A stretch of DNA of 64,000 nt from positions 439,392-503,391 of the forward strand of contig NIVC01000387.1 of assembly GCA_002269645.1 (NCBI GenBank), written 5' to 3'. This document shows positions 1 to 11,452 of this stretch, in pieces. Numbering within the stretch: position 1 is the first letter of the stretch; every line of letters begins with the position of its first letter. Origin of the DNA: Macrostomum lignano (taxonomy: Eukaryota). The notes beneath the pieces were generated by a model. It saw only the letters and a program-made list of their open reading frames with translations, was not told the origin of the DNA and ran no database searches. The translations under genes and the position numbers were made by a program.

Positions 1-49
1 GGTCATTGGGGTTGGGAATATGATTGGGGTTATGGTTGCTATGGTTTGG

Positions 50-1770
50 GGTCATTGGGATTGGTAGCATCACGATTTGGCTATGGTTTGAGGGCATTAG
101 GGTTGGTAGCATCATGATTAGGGCCATGGCTGGGGTCATTGGGATTGGTAGCATCATGATTAGGCCTATCACTTGGGTCATTGGGGTTGGTAGCATCATG
201 ATTAGGGCTATCACTGGGGTCATTGAGATTGGTAGCATCATGATTAGGGCTATCACTGGGGTCATTGAGATTGGTAGCATCATGATTAGGGCTATCACTT
301 GGGTCATTGGGATTGGTAGCATCATGATTAGGCTATCACTTGGGTCATTGGGGTTGGTAGCATCATGATTAGGCTATCACTTGGGTCATTGGGGTTGGTA
401 GCATCATGATTAGGCTATCACTGGGGTCATTGGGGTTGGTAGCATCATGATTAGGGCTATCACTGGGGTCATTGAGATTGGTAGCATCATGATTAGGCTA
501 TCACTTGGGTCATTGGGGTTGGTAGCATCATGATTAGGCTATCACTTGGGTCATTGGGGTTGGTAGCATCATGATTAGGGCTATCACTTGGGTCATTGGG
601 GTTGGTAGCATCATGATTAGGCTATCACTTGGGTCATTGGGATTGGTAGCATCATGATTAGGCTATCACTTGGGTCATTGGGGTTGGTAGCATCATGATT
701 AGGGCTATCACTTGGGTCATTGGGGTTGGTAGCATCATGATTAGGCTATCACTTGGGTCATTGGGGTTGGTAGCATCATGATTAGGGCTATCACTGGGGT
801 CATTGAGATTGGTAGCATCATGATTAGGGCTATCACTTGGGTCATTGGGATTGGTAGCATCATGATTAGGCTATCACTTGGGTCATTGGGTTGGTAGCAT
901 CATGATTAGGCTATCACTTGGGTCATTGGGGTTGGTAGCATCATGATTAGGCTATCACTGGGGTCATTGGGGTTGGTAGCATCATGATTAGGGCTATCAC
1001 TGGGGTCATTGAGATTGGTAGCATCATGATTAGGCTATCACTTGGGTCATTGGGGTTGGTAGCATCATGATTAGGCTATCACTTGGGTCATTGGGGTTGG
1101 TAGCATCATGATTAGGGCTATCACTTGGGTCATTGGGGTTGGTAGCATCATGATTAGGCTATCACTTGGGTCATTGGGATTGGTAGCATCATGATTAGGC
1201 TATCACTTGGGTCATTGGGGTTGGTAGCATCATGATTAGGGCTATCACTTGGGTCATTGGGGTTGGTAGCATCATGATTAGGCTATCACTTGGGTCATTG
1301 GGGTTGGTAGCATCATGATTAGGGCTATCACTTGGGTCATTGGGGTTGGTAGCATCATGATTAGGCTATCACTTGGGTCATTGGGGTTGGTAGCATCATG
1401 ATTAGGCTATCACTTGGGTCATTGGGGTTGGTAGCATCATGATTAGGGCTATCACTTGGGTCATTGGGTTGGTAGCATCATGATTAGGCTATCACTTGGG
1501 TCATTGGGATTGGTAGCATCATGATTAGGCTATCACTTGGGTCATTGGGGTTGGTAGCATCATGATTAGGCTATCACTTGGGTCATTGGGATTGGTAGCA
1601 TCATGATTAGGCTATCACTTGGGTCATTGGGGTTGGTAGCATCATGATTAGGGCTATCACTGGGGTCATTGGGGTTGGTAGCATCATGATTAGGGCAATG
1701 GTTGGGGTCATCGGGATTGGGCATATGACTATGGTTATGGCTGCTATGGTTGGGGTCAACAATCATACCT
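50..1770. repeat. 41/42-bp minisatellite (GGGTCATTGGGGTTGGTAGCATCATGATTAGG(G)CTATCACTT), about 40 copies, degenerate at both ends
   Basis: Direct tandem periodicity. Intronic, ending about 10 bp from the RhoGEF donor at 1778-1779. Confidence 0.95.
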
Positions 1771-1779
1771 TTCACTTAC

Positions 1780-1862
1780 CTTCTTCGGCGGCTTCTTGAC
1801 CTTGGTGAGCAGGAGAATGTCGTCAAACAGGAAGCAGTAGATTTCCACACTCCTGTTGGCTT
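1780..1862 (-). CDS. PLEKHG7: PLEKHG7-like RhoGEF exon (start of PH domain: EANRSVEIYCFLFDDILLLTKVKKPPKK); gene continues beyond window start
   Basis: cccgcag acceptor, GTAAGT donor, phase 1 in / phase 0 out. The Y-x-FLF-x-D-x-LL-x-TK motif is typical of DH-PH GEFs. Confidence 0.85.
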
Positions 1863-1935
1863 CTGCGGGCAAAATGGTTGGCTCAGTGATGCCTCAATCA
1901 TTGACTAAGAATGCAACTGGTGCAGCTCAACTGAC

Positions 1936-2145
1936 CAACAAGACTGAGGAATCCCTCGTGAATCAGCTGCCTCTTCGGGTTGGCGATGAGCTTCTCGCAC
2001 GGCTGACTGCTCAGGCTGCTCTTGAGGAACTCGGGAATGAACACCCGAGTCTCCAGTTCCGTTATTGGCGGCCAGATCAGCTGCTGCTGAATTGTCTGCA
2101 GGCGCTCGAAGTTTCTCAACCACTTGAGCTTGTCCTCCAGACTCT
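1936..2145 (-). CDS. PLEKHG7: PLEKHG7-like RhoGEF exon (SLEDKLKWLRNFERLQTIQQQLIWPPITELETRVFIPEFLKSSLSSQPCEKLIANPKRQLIHEGFLSLV)
   Basis: Resembles the PLEKHG7 DH-PH linker as recalled (LEGKVKWLDNF...IVWPP...FIPE.LK...RHLLYEG.LTL). AG/GT boundaries; 210 nt with phases closing on both neighbours. Confidence 0.88.
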
Positions 2146-2213
2146 CTGTTGAGTTGGTTCGGGCGACTTTGTGATACCCTCTGTGCACTTCCAGTTTATA
2201 AACCCTGCATTAG

Positions 2214-5200
2214 AGGGCTTTAGCCAAGGGGGGTTGTAGCCTAGTGGGGTTGTAGCCAAGGGGGGTTGTAGCCAAGGGGGGTTGTAGCCTAGGGGGGTTG
2301 TAGCCTAGGGGGGTTGTAGCCTAGGGGGGTTGTAGCCTAGGGGGGTTGTAGCCTAGGGGGTTGTAGCCAAGGGGGGTTGTAGCCAAGGGGGGTTGTAGCC
2401 TAGGGGGGTTGTAGCCTAGGGGGGTTGTAGCCTAGGGGGTTGTAGCCAAGGGAGGTTGTAGCCTAGGGGGGTTGTAGCCTAGGGGGGTTGTAGCCTAGGG
2501 GGGTTGTAGCCTAGGGGGGTTGTAGCCTAGTGGGGGTTGTAGCCAAGGGGGGTTGTAGCCAAGGGGGGTTGTAGCCAAGGGGGGTTGTAGCCAAGGGGGT
2601 TGTAGCCAAGGGGGTTGTAGCCAAGGGGGGTTGTAGCCTAGGGGGTTGTAGCCTAGGGGGGTTGTAGCCTAGGGGGGTTGTAGCCTAGGGGGGTTGTAGC
2701 CAAGGGGGGTTGTAGCCAAGGGGGGTTGTAGCCTAGGGGGGTTGTAGCCAAGGGGGTTGTAGCCTAGGGGGGTTGTAGCCTAGTGGGGGTTGTAGCCTAG
2801 GGGGGTTGTAGCCTAGGGGGTTGTAGCCAAGGGGGTTGTAGCCTAGGGGGTTGTAGCCTAGGGGGTTGTAGCCTAGGGGGGTTGTAGCCTAGGGGGTTGT
2901 AGCCTAGGGGGGTTGTAGCCTAGGGGGTTGTAGCCTAGGGGGGTTGTAGCCTAGGGGGGTTGTAGCCTAGGGGGGTTGTAGCCTAGGGGGTTGTAGCCTA
3001 GGGGGGTTGTAGCCAAGGGGGGTTGTAGCCTAGGGGGGTTGTAGCCTAGGGGGGTTGTAGCCTAGGGGGGTTGTAGCCTAGGGGGTTGTAGCCTAGGGGG
3101 GTTGTAGCCTAGGGGGGTTGTAGCCTAGGGGGGTTGTAGCCTAGGGGGGTTGTAGCCAAGGGGGTTGTAGCCTAGGGGGGTTGTAGCCAAGGGGGGTTGT
3201 AGCCTAGGGGGTTGTAGCCTAGGGGGGTTGTAGCCAAGGGGGGTTGTAGCCAAGGGGGGTTGTAGCCTAGGGGGGTTGTAGCCTAGGGGGGTTGTAGCCT
3301 AGGGGGGTTGTAGCCAAGGGGGGTTGTAGCCTAGGGGGGTTGTAGCCTAGGGGGTTGTAGCCTAGGGGGGTTGTAGCCTAGGGGGGTTGTAGCCTAGGGG
3401 GGTTGTAGCCTAGGGGGTTGTAGCCTAGTGGGCGGTTGTAGCCTAGTGGGGGTTGTAGCCAAGGGGGGTTGTAGCCTAGTGGGGGTTGTAGCCTAGTGGG
3501 GGTTGTAGCCTAGTGGGCGGTTGTAGCCTAGTGGGCGGTTGTAGCCTAGTTGGGGTTGTAGCCTAGTTGGGGTTGTAGCCTAGTGGGGGTTGTAGCCTAG
3601 TGGGGGTTGTAGCCTAGTGGGGGTTGTAGCCTAGTGGGGGTTGTAGCCAAGGGGGTTGTAGCCTAGGGGGGTTGTAGCCTAGGGGGGTTGTAGCCTAGGG
3701 GGGTTGTAGCCTAGGGGGGTTGTAGCCTAGTGGGGGTTGTAGCCTAGTGGGCGGTTGTAGCCTAGTGGGGGTTGTAGCCTAGTGGGGGGTTGTAGCCTAG
3801 TGGGGGTTGTAGCCTAGTGGGGGTTGTAGCCTAGTGGGCGGTTGTAGCCTAGTGGGCGGTTGTAGCCTAGTTGGGGTTGTAGCCTAGTTGGGGTTGTAGC
3901 CTAGTGGGGGTTGTAGCCTAGTGGGGGTTGTAGCCTAGTGGGGGTTGTAGCCTAGTGGGGTTGTAGCCAAGGGGGGTTGTAGCCTAGTGGGGGTTGTAGC
4001 CTAGTGGGGGTTGTAGCCTAGTGGGGGTTGTAGCCTAGTGGGGGTTGTAGCCTAGTGGGGGTTGTAGCCTAGTGGGGGTTGTAGCCTAGTGGGGGTTGTA
4101 GCCTAGTGGGGGTTGTAGCCTAGTGGGGGTTGTAGCCTAGTGGGGGTTCTAGCCTAGTGGGGGTTGTAGCCTAGTGGGGGTTGTAGCCTAGTGGGGGTTG
4201 TAGCCTAGTGGGGGTTGTAGCCTAGTGGGGGTTGTAGCCTAGTGGGGGTTGTAGCCTAGGGGGTTGTAGCCTAGGGGGGTTGTAGCCTAGTGGGGGTTGT
4301 AGCCTAGTGGGGGTTGTAGCCTAGTGGGGGTTGTAGCCTAGTGGGGGTTGTAGCCTAGTGGGGGTTGTAGCCTAGTGGGGGTTGTAGCCTAGTGGGGGTT
4401 GTAGCCTAGTGGGGGTTGTAGCCTAGTGGGGGTTGTAGCCTAGTGGGGGTTGTAGCCTAGTGGGGGTTGTAGCCTAGTGGGGGTTGTAGCCTAGTGGGGG
4501 TTGTAGCCTAGTGGGGGTTGTAGCCTAGTGGGGGTTGTAGCCTAGTGGGGGTTGTAGCCTAGTGGGGGTTGTAGCCAAGGGGGGTTGTAGCCTAGTGGGG
4601 GTTGTAGCCTAGTGGGGGTTGTAGCCTAGTGGGCGGTTGTAGCCTAGTGGGCGGTTGTAGCCTAGTTGGGGTTGTAGCCTAGTTGGGGTTGTAGCCTAGT
4701 GGGGGTTGTAGCCTAGTGGGGGTTGTAGCCTAGTGGGGGTTGTAGCCTAGTGGGGGTTGTAGCCTAGTGGGGTTGTAGCCTAGTGGGGGTTGTAGCCTAG
4801 TGGGGGTTGTAGCCTAGTGGGCGGTTGTAGCCTAGTGGGGGTTGTAGCCAAGGGGGGTTGTAGCCTAGTGGGGGTTGTAGCCTAGTGGGGGTTGTAGCCT
4901 AGTGGGGTTGTAGCCTAGGGGGGTTGTAGCCTAGGGGGGTTGTAGCCTAGTGGGGGTTGTAGCCTAGTGGGGGTTGTAGCCTAGTGGGGGTTGTAGCCTA
5001 GTGGGGGTTGTAGCCTAGTGGGGGTTGTAGCCTAGTGGGGGTTGTAGCCTAGTGGGGGTTGTAGCCTAGTGGGGGTTGTAGCCTAGTGGGGGTTGTAGCC
5101 TAGTGGGGGTTGTAGCCTAGTGGGGGTTGTAGCCTAGTGGGGGTTGTAGCCTAGTGGGGGTTGTAGCCTAGTGGGGGTTGTAGCCTAGTGGGGGTTGTAG

Positions 5201-5767
5201 CCTAGTGGGGGTTGTAGCCTAGTGGGCGGTTGTAGCCTAGTGGGGGTTGTAGCCAAGGGGGGTTGTAGCCTAGTGGGGGTTGTAGCCTAGTGGGGGTTGT
5301 AGCCTAGTGGGCGGTTGTAGCCTAGTGGGCGGTTGTAGCCTAGTGGGCGGTTGTAGCCTAGTTGGGGTTGTAGCCTAGTTGGGGTTGTAGCCTAGTGGGG
5401 GTTGTAGCCTAGTGGGCGGTTGTAGCCTAGTGGGGGTTGTAGCCTAGTTGGGGTTGTAGCCTAGTGGGGGTTGTAGCCTAGTGGGGGTTGTAGCCTAGTG
5501 GGGGTTGTAGCCTAGTGGGCGGTTGTAGCCTAGTTGGGGTTGTAGCCTAGTTGGGGTTGTAGCCTAGTTGGGGTTGTAGCCTAGTGGGCGGTTGTAGCCT
5601 AGTGGGGGTTGTAGCCTAGTGGGCGGTTGTAGCCTAGTTGGGGTTGTAGCCTAGTTGGGGTTGTAGCCTAGTGGGGGTTGTAGCCTAGTGGGTTGTAGCC
5701 TAGTGGGGGTTGTAGCCTAGTGGGGTTGTAGCCTAGTGGGGGTTGTAGCCTAGTGGGGTTGTAGCCT
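2214..5767. repeat. 16/17-bp G-rich minisatellite (GGGGGGTTGTAGCCTA / GTGGGGGTTGTAGCCTA), about 215 copies
   Basis: Direct periodicity. The unit contains TAGCCTAGTGG, which matches the Pol III A-box consensus. Confidence 0.95.
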
Positions 5768-6052
5768 GTAGCCTACTCAGCCTACTTGAAGGTCGGGGGA
5801 CTTGAAGGTCGGGGTTCGATTCTCAGTCCCACTGGAATAATTTGTGTCCTTGAGCAAGACTCCTAACTCTGCTTTGCTTCAGTTCACTCAGCTGTAAAAT
5901 GGGTTCCAGCATTAGCTGGGGTAATTGAGGTGTGTGTGGGTGGCCCCCAGTCCTTGGACTGAACAGCCGTACGGAGCCTTTAGATGCGCCGCGCAATAGC
6001 CGCGGCTGCACAACTGCCCATGAATCAATAATGTAATCAATTGTTATCATTA
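5750..6052 (+). mobile_element. tRNA-derived CORE-type SINE
   Basis: B-box GGTTCGATTC at 5813-5822, followed by GTGTCCTTGAGCAAGAC...CTTCAGTTCACTCAGCTGTAAAATGGG, which resembles the MIR/CORE domain (GTGACCTTGGGCAAGT...CCTCAGTTTCCTCATCTGTAAAATGGG). AT-rich ATT/ATC tail. 3' boundary approximate. Confidence 0.72.
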
Positions 6053-6165
6053 TCAGAGGGTACACGATAGAGGTCAGAAGCACCCCCACGCCCTACTAAT
6101 TGCGCAATACCGGCCCTAACAGATCAGGATTCGGCTAACCGAACAAAGCAGCAGCTGGGACTCAC

Positions 6166-6340
6166 TCAGCGAGTTCTCAACCCGTCTCAGATTCTCGGTG
6201 AGAAGCGCCCGGCTGCTGTCCTCAGCCGTGTAGCGCCGGATGCTGGCCAGGAGCAGCGGCATTTTCGTGCAGTGCTGCATCGGCGCCACCAGCAGGTCGG
6301 CGATCTTCAGCCGATGGCAGCGGGGGTCCTGCTCGCACCA
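6166..6340 (-). CDS. PLEKHG7: PLEKHG7-like RhoGEF exon, DH domain (WCEQDPRCHRLKIADLLVAPMQHCTKMPLLLASIRRYT...VENSL)
   Basis: DH CR3-type motif (L..LL..P.Q...K.PLLL). ctgcag acceptor, GTGAGT donor, 175 nt. Confidence 0.9.
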
Positions 6341-6689
6341 CTGCAGCGGGGTAATATGCTAGAGATATGCTGACTCAACCTACTCTTAGTGTACGCTCGT
6401 AGTAGTATAAACGCAAAAAAGTCTAGGGCGAGCAACTTCCTAAATTTATTCGTAAAAAGGCAATTCTGACAAAACATAACTAAGAATGGCATTCTTTTTT
6501 ATTTCCTCAACGTGTGTAAAATATCGTAGCAGATAGCAAAATTCATACGGTAGAATGACGTCATATGTGCACTTTTTACTGGAGGCCGGTTATCGCTGCG
6601 AAATGCATTTGCTAGGTAGGACGTTGTAGATCAGACTTTTTACCTCAAGGGCCGGAAAAAGAATCTGGATAATTGCTACGGGCCGGATG

Positions 6690-6892
6690 AGAGAGGAAAG
6701 GAGAGGGAGCAGAGGAGAGAGAAGAGGAAAGGATATGAGAGATGGGAGATGAGAGAGAAGAATGGAGAGATGAGAGTGGAGAAGAAAGGAGAGGAGAGGA
6801 AAAAAGAAAGGAGAGAGATGAGAGATGAGAGGAGAGAGAAGATAAGAGGAGAGAACAGAAGAGAGAGAGGAGAAGAGAGAGGAGAGAAGAGA
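6690..6892. repeat. GA-rich low-complexity tract
   Basis: Almost pure purine on the + strand. Confidence 0.8.
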
Positions 6893-7220
6893 ATTTATGT
6901 GTTTATTCAGAAGCTGATACTTATAATTTGAAAAAATGAAGATCAGAGAGAGAGACGCATCAATATGGTTGCGTTATCTTAGATGGATTTCGTAAAGATT
7001 CTCTGTTTGCCTGCCGTGACTTTGGGGTTTTGCCATAGACAAAACTTGGTCGGAGAAAACTGCACTAAAGAGATAGGAACAGCTGAACTTTCTAAGAAAC
7101 AGCTGGGAAAATAGCTTTCTATCTCGCTGATGATTTTGCGAGCGCGGTATCCTTTTACGTTGTTCCTGCATACCGAGAGGCAGCCAAGGACCCTGGAAGC
7201 AACATCATTAGAACTCGCAC

Positions 7221-7337
7221 CTTTTCAAACTCGGCAAACTGCTCATGCCGGCGCAGAATGTCCAGGTAGGTGACGGCGCAGTGATAATTGAGGCAGTAGC
7301 TGTGAAACACTTCTCCGTCTTTGGAGGTCAGAGTCCA
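7221..7337 (-). CDS. PLEKHG7: PLEKHG7-like exon, DH domain (WTLTSKDGEVFHSYCLNYHCAVTYLDILRRHEQFAEFEK)
   Basis: YCLNY motif; 117 nt, phase 0/0, canonical splice sites. Confidence 0.88.
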
Positions 7338-7423
7338 CTGCAGGAGGGTCCGAGTGGGTGCGAGAATGGTGAGAATTCAGCGAGCTAATACGTTTGAGAT
7401 TTGTTTTGAGTAAATTAAGTTAC

Positions 7424-7525
7424 CCTCTTGAAGGCCTTCAGCAGACCGGCCGTCGTGCCGAACTGGCGCTTGCGAGCCTCCTTGGTGAGGATGGAGATGA
7501 GGTCCCGGGAGAAGGTGTAGCTCAC
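7424..7525 (-). CDS. PLEKHG7: PLEKHG7-like exon, DH domain (VSYTFSRDLISILTKEARKRQFGTTAGLLKAFKR)
   Basis: 102 nt, phase 0/0, ctag acceptor and GTAACT donor. Confidence 0.82.
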
Positions 7526-7605
7526 CTAGCAACCAGAGGCGCAGGTGTATTCATTAGTTACTACCTATGATTCTATAGCGATTGACCAACTAACGAGCTG
7601 CTTAC

Positions 7606-7701
7606 ATAGCAGAGTTCGTCGATGTTGCCGAACAGGTCCTCGGGCTCCACGAACATCAGATGGCCGTCCACCTGCAGCTTCTTTAACGGCTCGAAAAAGC
7701 A
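7606..7701 (-). CDS. PLEKHG7: PLEKHG7-like exon, DH domain (CFFEPLKKLQVDGHLMFVEPEDLFGNIDELCY)
   Basis: LFGNIDEL DH motif; 96 nt, phase 0/0, GTAAG donor. Confidence 0.88.
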
Positions 7702-8187
7702 CTGCAAGTTATAGAGGGCCCCGTCTTCGGTTACGCTGGGTCAGGTTGGGTCAGTGTTTCGGGGTTGGTTCGGGTACACAAAACTGAAATTAAATTTTCC
7801 CAACTAATTTAAGAGTTACATGCCACGAAATCACCAAGCAATTCTATCGGGTGATATATCATATTGGCTGGCCAATCAGTCGCAGGTGCATGCTGGTCCA
7901 GCTACACGGGAGAACCAATACCGGTACCTTTTTGTCGGCGAGAGCCAACAATATTTCTAAAGTCTCCTCTAGAAGAAGAAGAACAAAAAAATCGGATAGA
8001 CTTGCAAAAAGAAGTTTGGCCAGACCAGAAGCTCAAAACGTGCCTTAGGCAGAAGTTTTAAATTTCTCTCAGGGCCTGAAATATTTATCAGCTGCTGGCG
8101 GCTGAGGAAAAAAGTCAAGCGAGGCTTCGCGGCGAGATTTGAAATGAAGCCGCCAGAGGCGGGCGGGAGGCCGGTGCTTCGACTTTA

Positions 8188-8300
<113 letters not shown>

Positions 8301-8324
8301 AGAGGCCGCAGCTGGGGACAGGCG

Positions 8325-8476
8325 CATTGTGGCTCAGCTGATCCCTGAGAGCTCTGACACCCTGTGCTGGCACTGTGGCTCAGCTGATCCCTGAGAGCTC
8401 TGACACCCTGTGCTGGCACTGTGGCTCAGCTGATCCCTGAGAGCTCTGACACCCTGTGCTGGCACTGTGGCTCAGT
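8325..8476. repeat. 46-bp tandem repeat, about 3.3 copies
   Basis: CACTGTGGCTCAGCTGATCCCTGAGAGCTCTGACACCCTGTGCTGG repeated. Confidence 0.9.
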
Positions 8477-8539
8477 CTAAATCTGAGATAAATTGACCCT
8501 CTACTCACTGTCAGCCAAAACCCAGCCGCTTAAACTCAC

Positions 8540-8776
8540 GTGCTTCAGCACCATTAGGTAGTCAATAAGGAAGTTCAGCTCAGACTTGAACAGCTCCCAG
8601 ACGGCTTCCCGCCGCAGCCGCTCCGTGTCCTCCAGCTCTGCCGGCTGCGTTGATGCCCCGGCCGAGGCCCCGGCGGATGCTGCGGCAGTCGAGGACGACG
8701 ACGAGGAGGACATGGAGGAGGAGGGCCTCGCGGCCGAGCCGGACTCGCGCTCGACCAGCTCTCGCCAGTGGGTGTT
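8540..8776 (-). CDS. PLEKHG7: PLEKHG7-like exon, start of DH domain (NTHWRELVERE...RLRREAVWELFKSELNFLIDYLMVLKH)
   Basis: EA(V/I)WELF.SE DH CR1 motif of the PLEKHG5/6/7 type; 237 nt, phase 0/0. Confidence 0.9.
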
Positions 8777-8852
8777 CTGTGGAGTGAGTCAGAAATGCAG
8801 CTGGGATTCTACCAGGCCTCTGCTCAAAGTGCTGCCCAAGCACTGCTCTTAC

Positions 8853-8960
8853 CTTAAAGGACATCAGATAGGTATCGCGGAACTCTGAGCTCTTCAGCGA
8901 GCTAAGCACATCCTGCAGATCCGCCAGGCCCTCCCGACCCTTGCTGCGCTTCTTTTCAAT
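8853..8960 (-). CDS. PLEKHG7: PLEKHG7-like exon (IEKKRSKGREGLADLQDVLSSLKSSEFRDTYLMSFK)
   Basis: 108 nt, phase 0/0, ccag acceptor and GTAAG donor, coding-like composition. Confidence 0.75.
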
Positions 8961-8994
8961 CTGGATTAGCGTGGTAGTGGTTATAGAGAGATAA

Positions 8995-9280
<286 letters not shown>

Positions 9281-9664
9281 AGCTGCTCAATTGCAGCGCC
9301 AGTGCAATGGGAAGCCAGCAGCAGATGGCCAACACAGAGTTACCCGAACATCTGTCTTCCGTATACCCAGAGGCTCTGCCGCACCCTCCATCTTCTGTTC
9401 CCGGTTATGTGTTGATTTCAGAGCCGCCCGTCCCTATCCCGGAAACACGCAAATGATGATAAAGAGAAGCAGAGTCGCCCAGTTCCGATCTGTTTACTTC
9501 TCTCTGTCCGTCATGCGCTGTTATTCATGCAGCGCGTGATCACGAGAGCGAGAGTGCGGTGCCCGCCCTGCGCTTTAAAATATTCTTATGGATAGGCAAA
9601 TACACTCTGCCATGATCTGATTTTTCTTTATTAGTCGCAGTATAATATTTCTAGGCCTGGCTTT

Positions 9665-11380
9665 CCTTTGAGCGTCAAGTCCCCTGACCTACGTGCTCTC
9701 CCCTGCAGCTTTGAGTCCCCTGACCTACGTGCTCTCCCCTGCAGCTTTGAGTCCCCTGACCTACTTGCTCTCCCCTGCAGCTTTGAGTCCCCTGACCTAC
9801 GTGCTCTCCCCTGCAGCTTTGAGTCCCCTGACCTACGTGCTCTCCCCTGCAGCTTTGAGTCCCCTGACCTACGTGCTCTCCCCTGCAGCTTTGAGTCCCC
9901 TGACCCACCTGCTCTCCCCTGCAGCTCTGAGTCCCCTGACCTACCTGCTCTCCCCTGCAGCTTTGAGTCCCCTGACCTACTTGCTCTCCCCTGCAGCTTT
10001 GAGTCCCCTGACCTACCTGCTCTCCCCTGCAGCTTTGAGTCCCCTGACCCACCTGCTCTCCCCTGCAGCTCTGAGTCCCCTGACCCACCTGCTCTCCCCT
10101 GCAGCTTTGAGTCCCCTGACCCACCTGCTCTCCCCTGCAGCTCTGAGTCCCCTGACCCACCTGCTCTCCCCTGCAGCTTTGAGTCCCCTGACCCACCTGC
10201 TCTCCCCTGCAGCTTTGAATCCCCTGACCCACCTGCTCTCCCCTGCAGCTTTGAATCCCCTGACCCACCTGCTCTCCCCTGCAGCTTTGAATCCCCTGAC
10301 CCACCTGCTCTCCCCTGCAGCTCTGAGTCCCCTGACCTACCTGCTCTCCCCTGCAGCTTTGAGTCCCCTGACCCACCTGCTCTCCCCTGCAGCTCTGAGT
10401 CCCCTGACCCACCTGCTCTCCCCTGCAGCTTTGAGTCCCCTGACCCACCTGCTCTCCCCTGCAGCTTTGAATCCCCTGACCCACCTGCTCTCCCCTGCAG
10501 CTTTGAATCCCCTGACATACCTGCTCTCCCCTGCAGCTTTGAATCCCCTGACCCACCTGCTCTCCCCTGCAGCTTTGAGTCCCCTGACCTACCTGCTCTC
10601 CCCTGCAGCTTTGAGTCCCCTGACCTACCTGCTCTCCCCTGCAGCTTTGAGTCCCCTGACCTACTTGCTCTCCCCTGCAGCTTTGAGTCCCCTGACCTAC
10701 TTGCTCTCCCCTGCAGCTTTGAGTCCCCTGACCTACCTGCTCTCCCCTGAAGCTTTGAGTCCCCTGACCTACCTGCTCTCCCCTGCAGCTTTGAGTCCCC
10801 TGACCTACCTGCTCTCCCCTGCAGCTTTGAGTCCCCTGACCTACTTGCTCTCCCCTGCAGCTTTGAGTCCCCTGACCTACTTGCTCTCCCCTGCAGCTTT
10901 GAATCCCCTGACCTACTTGCTCTCCCCTGCAGCTTTGAGTCCCCTGACCTACTTGCTCTCCCCTGCAGCTTTGAGTCCCCTGACCTACTTGCTCTCCCCT
11001 GCAGCTTTGAATCCCCCTGACCCATCTGCTCTCCCCTGCAGCTTTGAGTCCCCTGACCTACTTGCTCTCCCCTGCAGCTTTGAGTCCCCTGACCTACTTG
11101 CTCTCCCCTGCAGCTTTGAGTCCCCTGACCTACCTGCTCTCCCCTGCAGCTTTGAATCCCCTGACCTACTTGCTCTCCCCTGCAGCTTTGAATCCCCTGA
11201 CCTACTTGCTCCCCCCTGCAGCTTTGAATCCCCCTGACCTACTTGCTCTCCCCTGCAGCTTTGAGTCCCCTGACCTACTTGCTCTCCCCTGCAGCTTTGA
11301 GTCCCCTGACCTACCTGCTCTCCCCTGCAGCTTTGAGTCCCCTGACCTACCTGCTCTCCCCTGCAGCTTTGAGTCGCCTG
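9665..11380. repeat. 36-bp minisatellite (GTCCCCTGACCTACCTGCTCTCCCCTGCAGCTTTGA), about 47 copies
   Basis: Direct periodicity. Source of the repetitive ORFs at 9631-11470. Confidence 0.95.
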
Positions 11381-11452
11381 AAATGCTACTCCATCAGCCT
11401 CAAGATCTATAAATTTTAGAAAGTCAGTCAAGCAGCCAGTCGCAGAACTCAC

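Noticed and set aside
1898-2188. ORF-track boundaries for the DH-PH linker exon
   Set aside because: Splice sites and phase give 1936-2145; the extra residues are intronic.
5750-5830. A functional tRNA gene
   Set aside because: A- and B-boxes are present but there is no cloverleaf or acceptor stem, and it continues into a SINE body.
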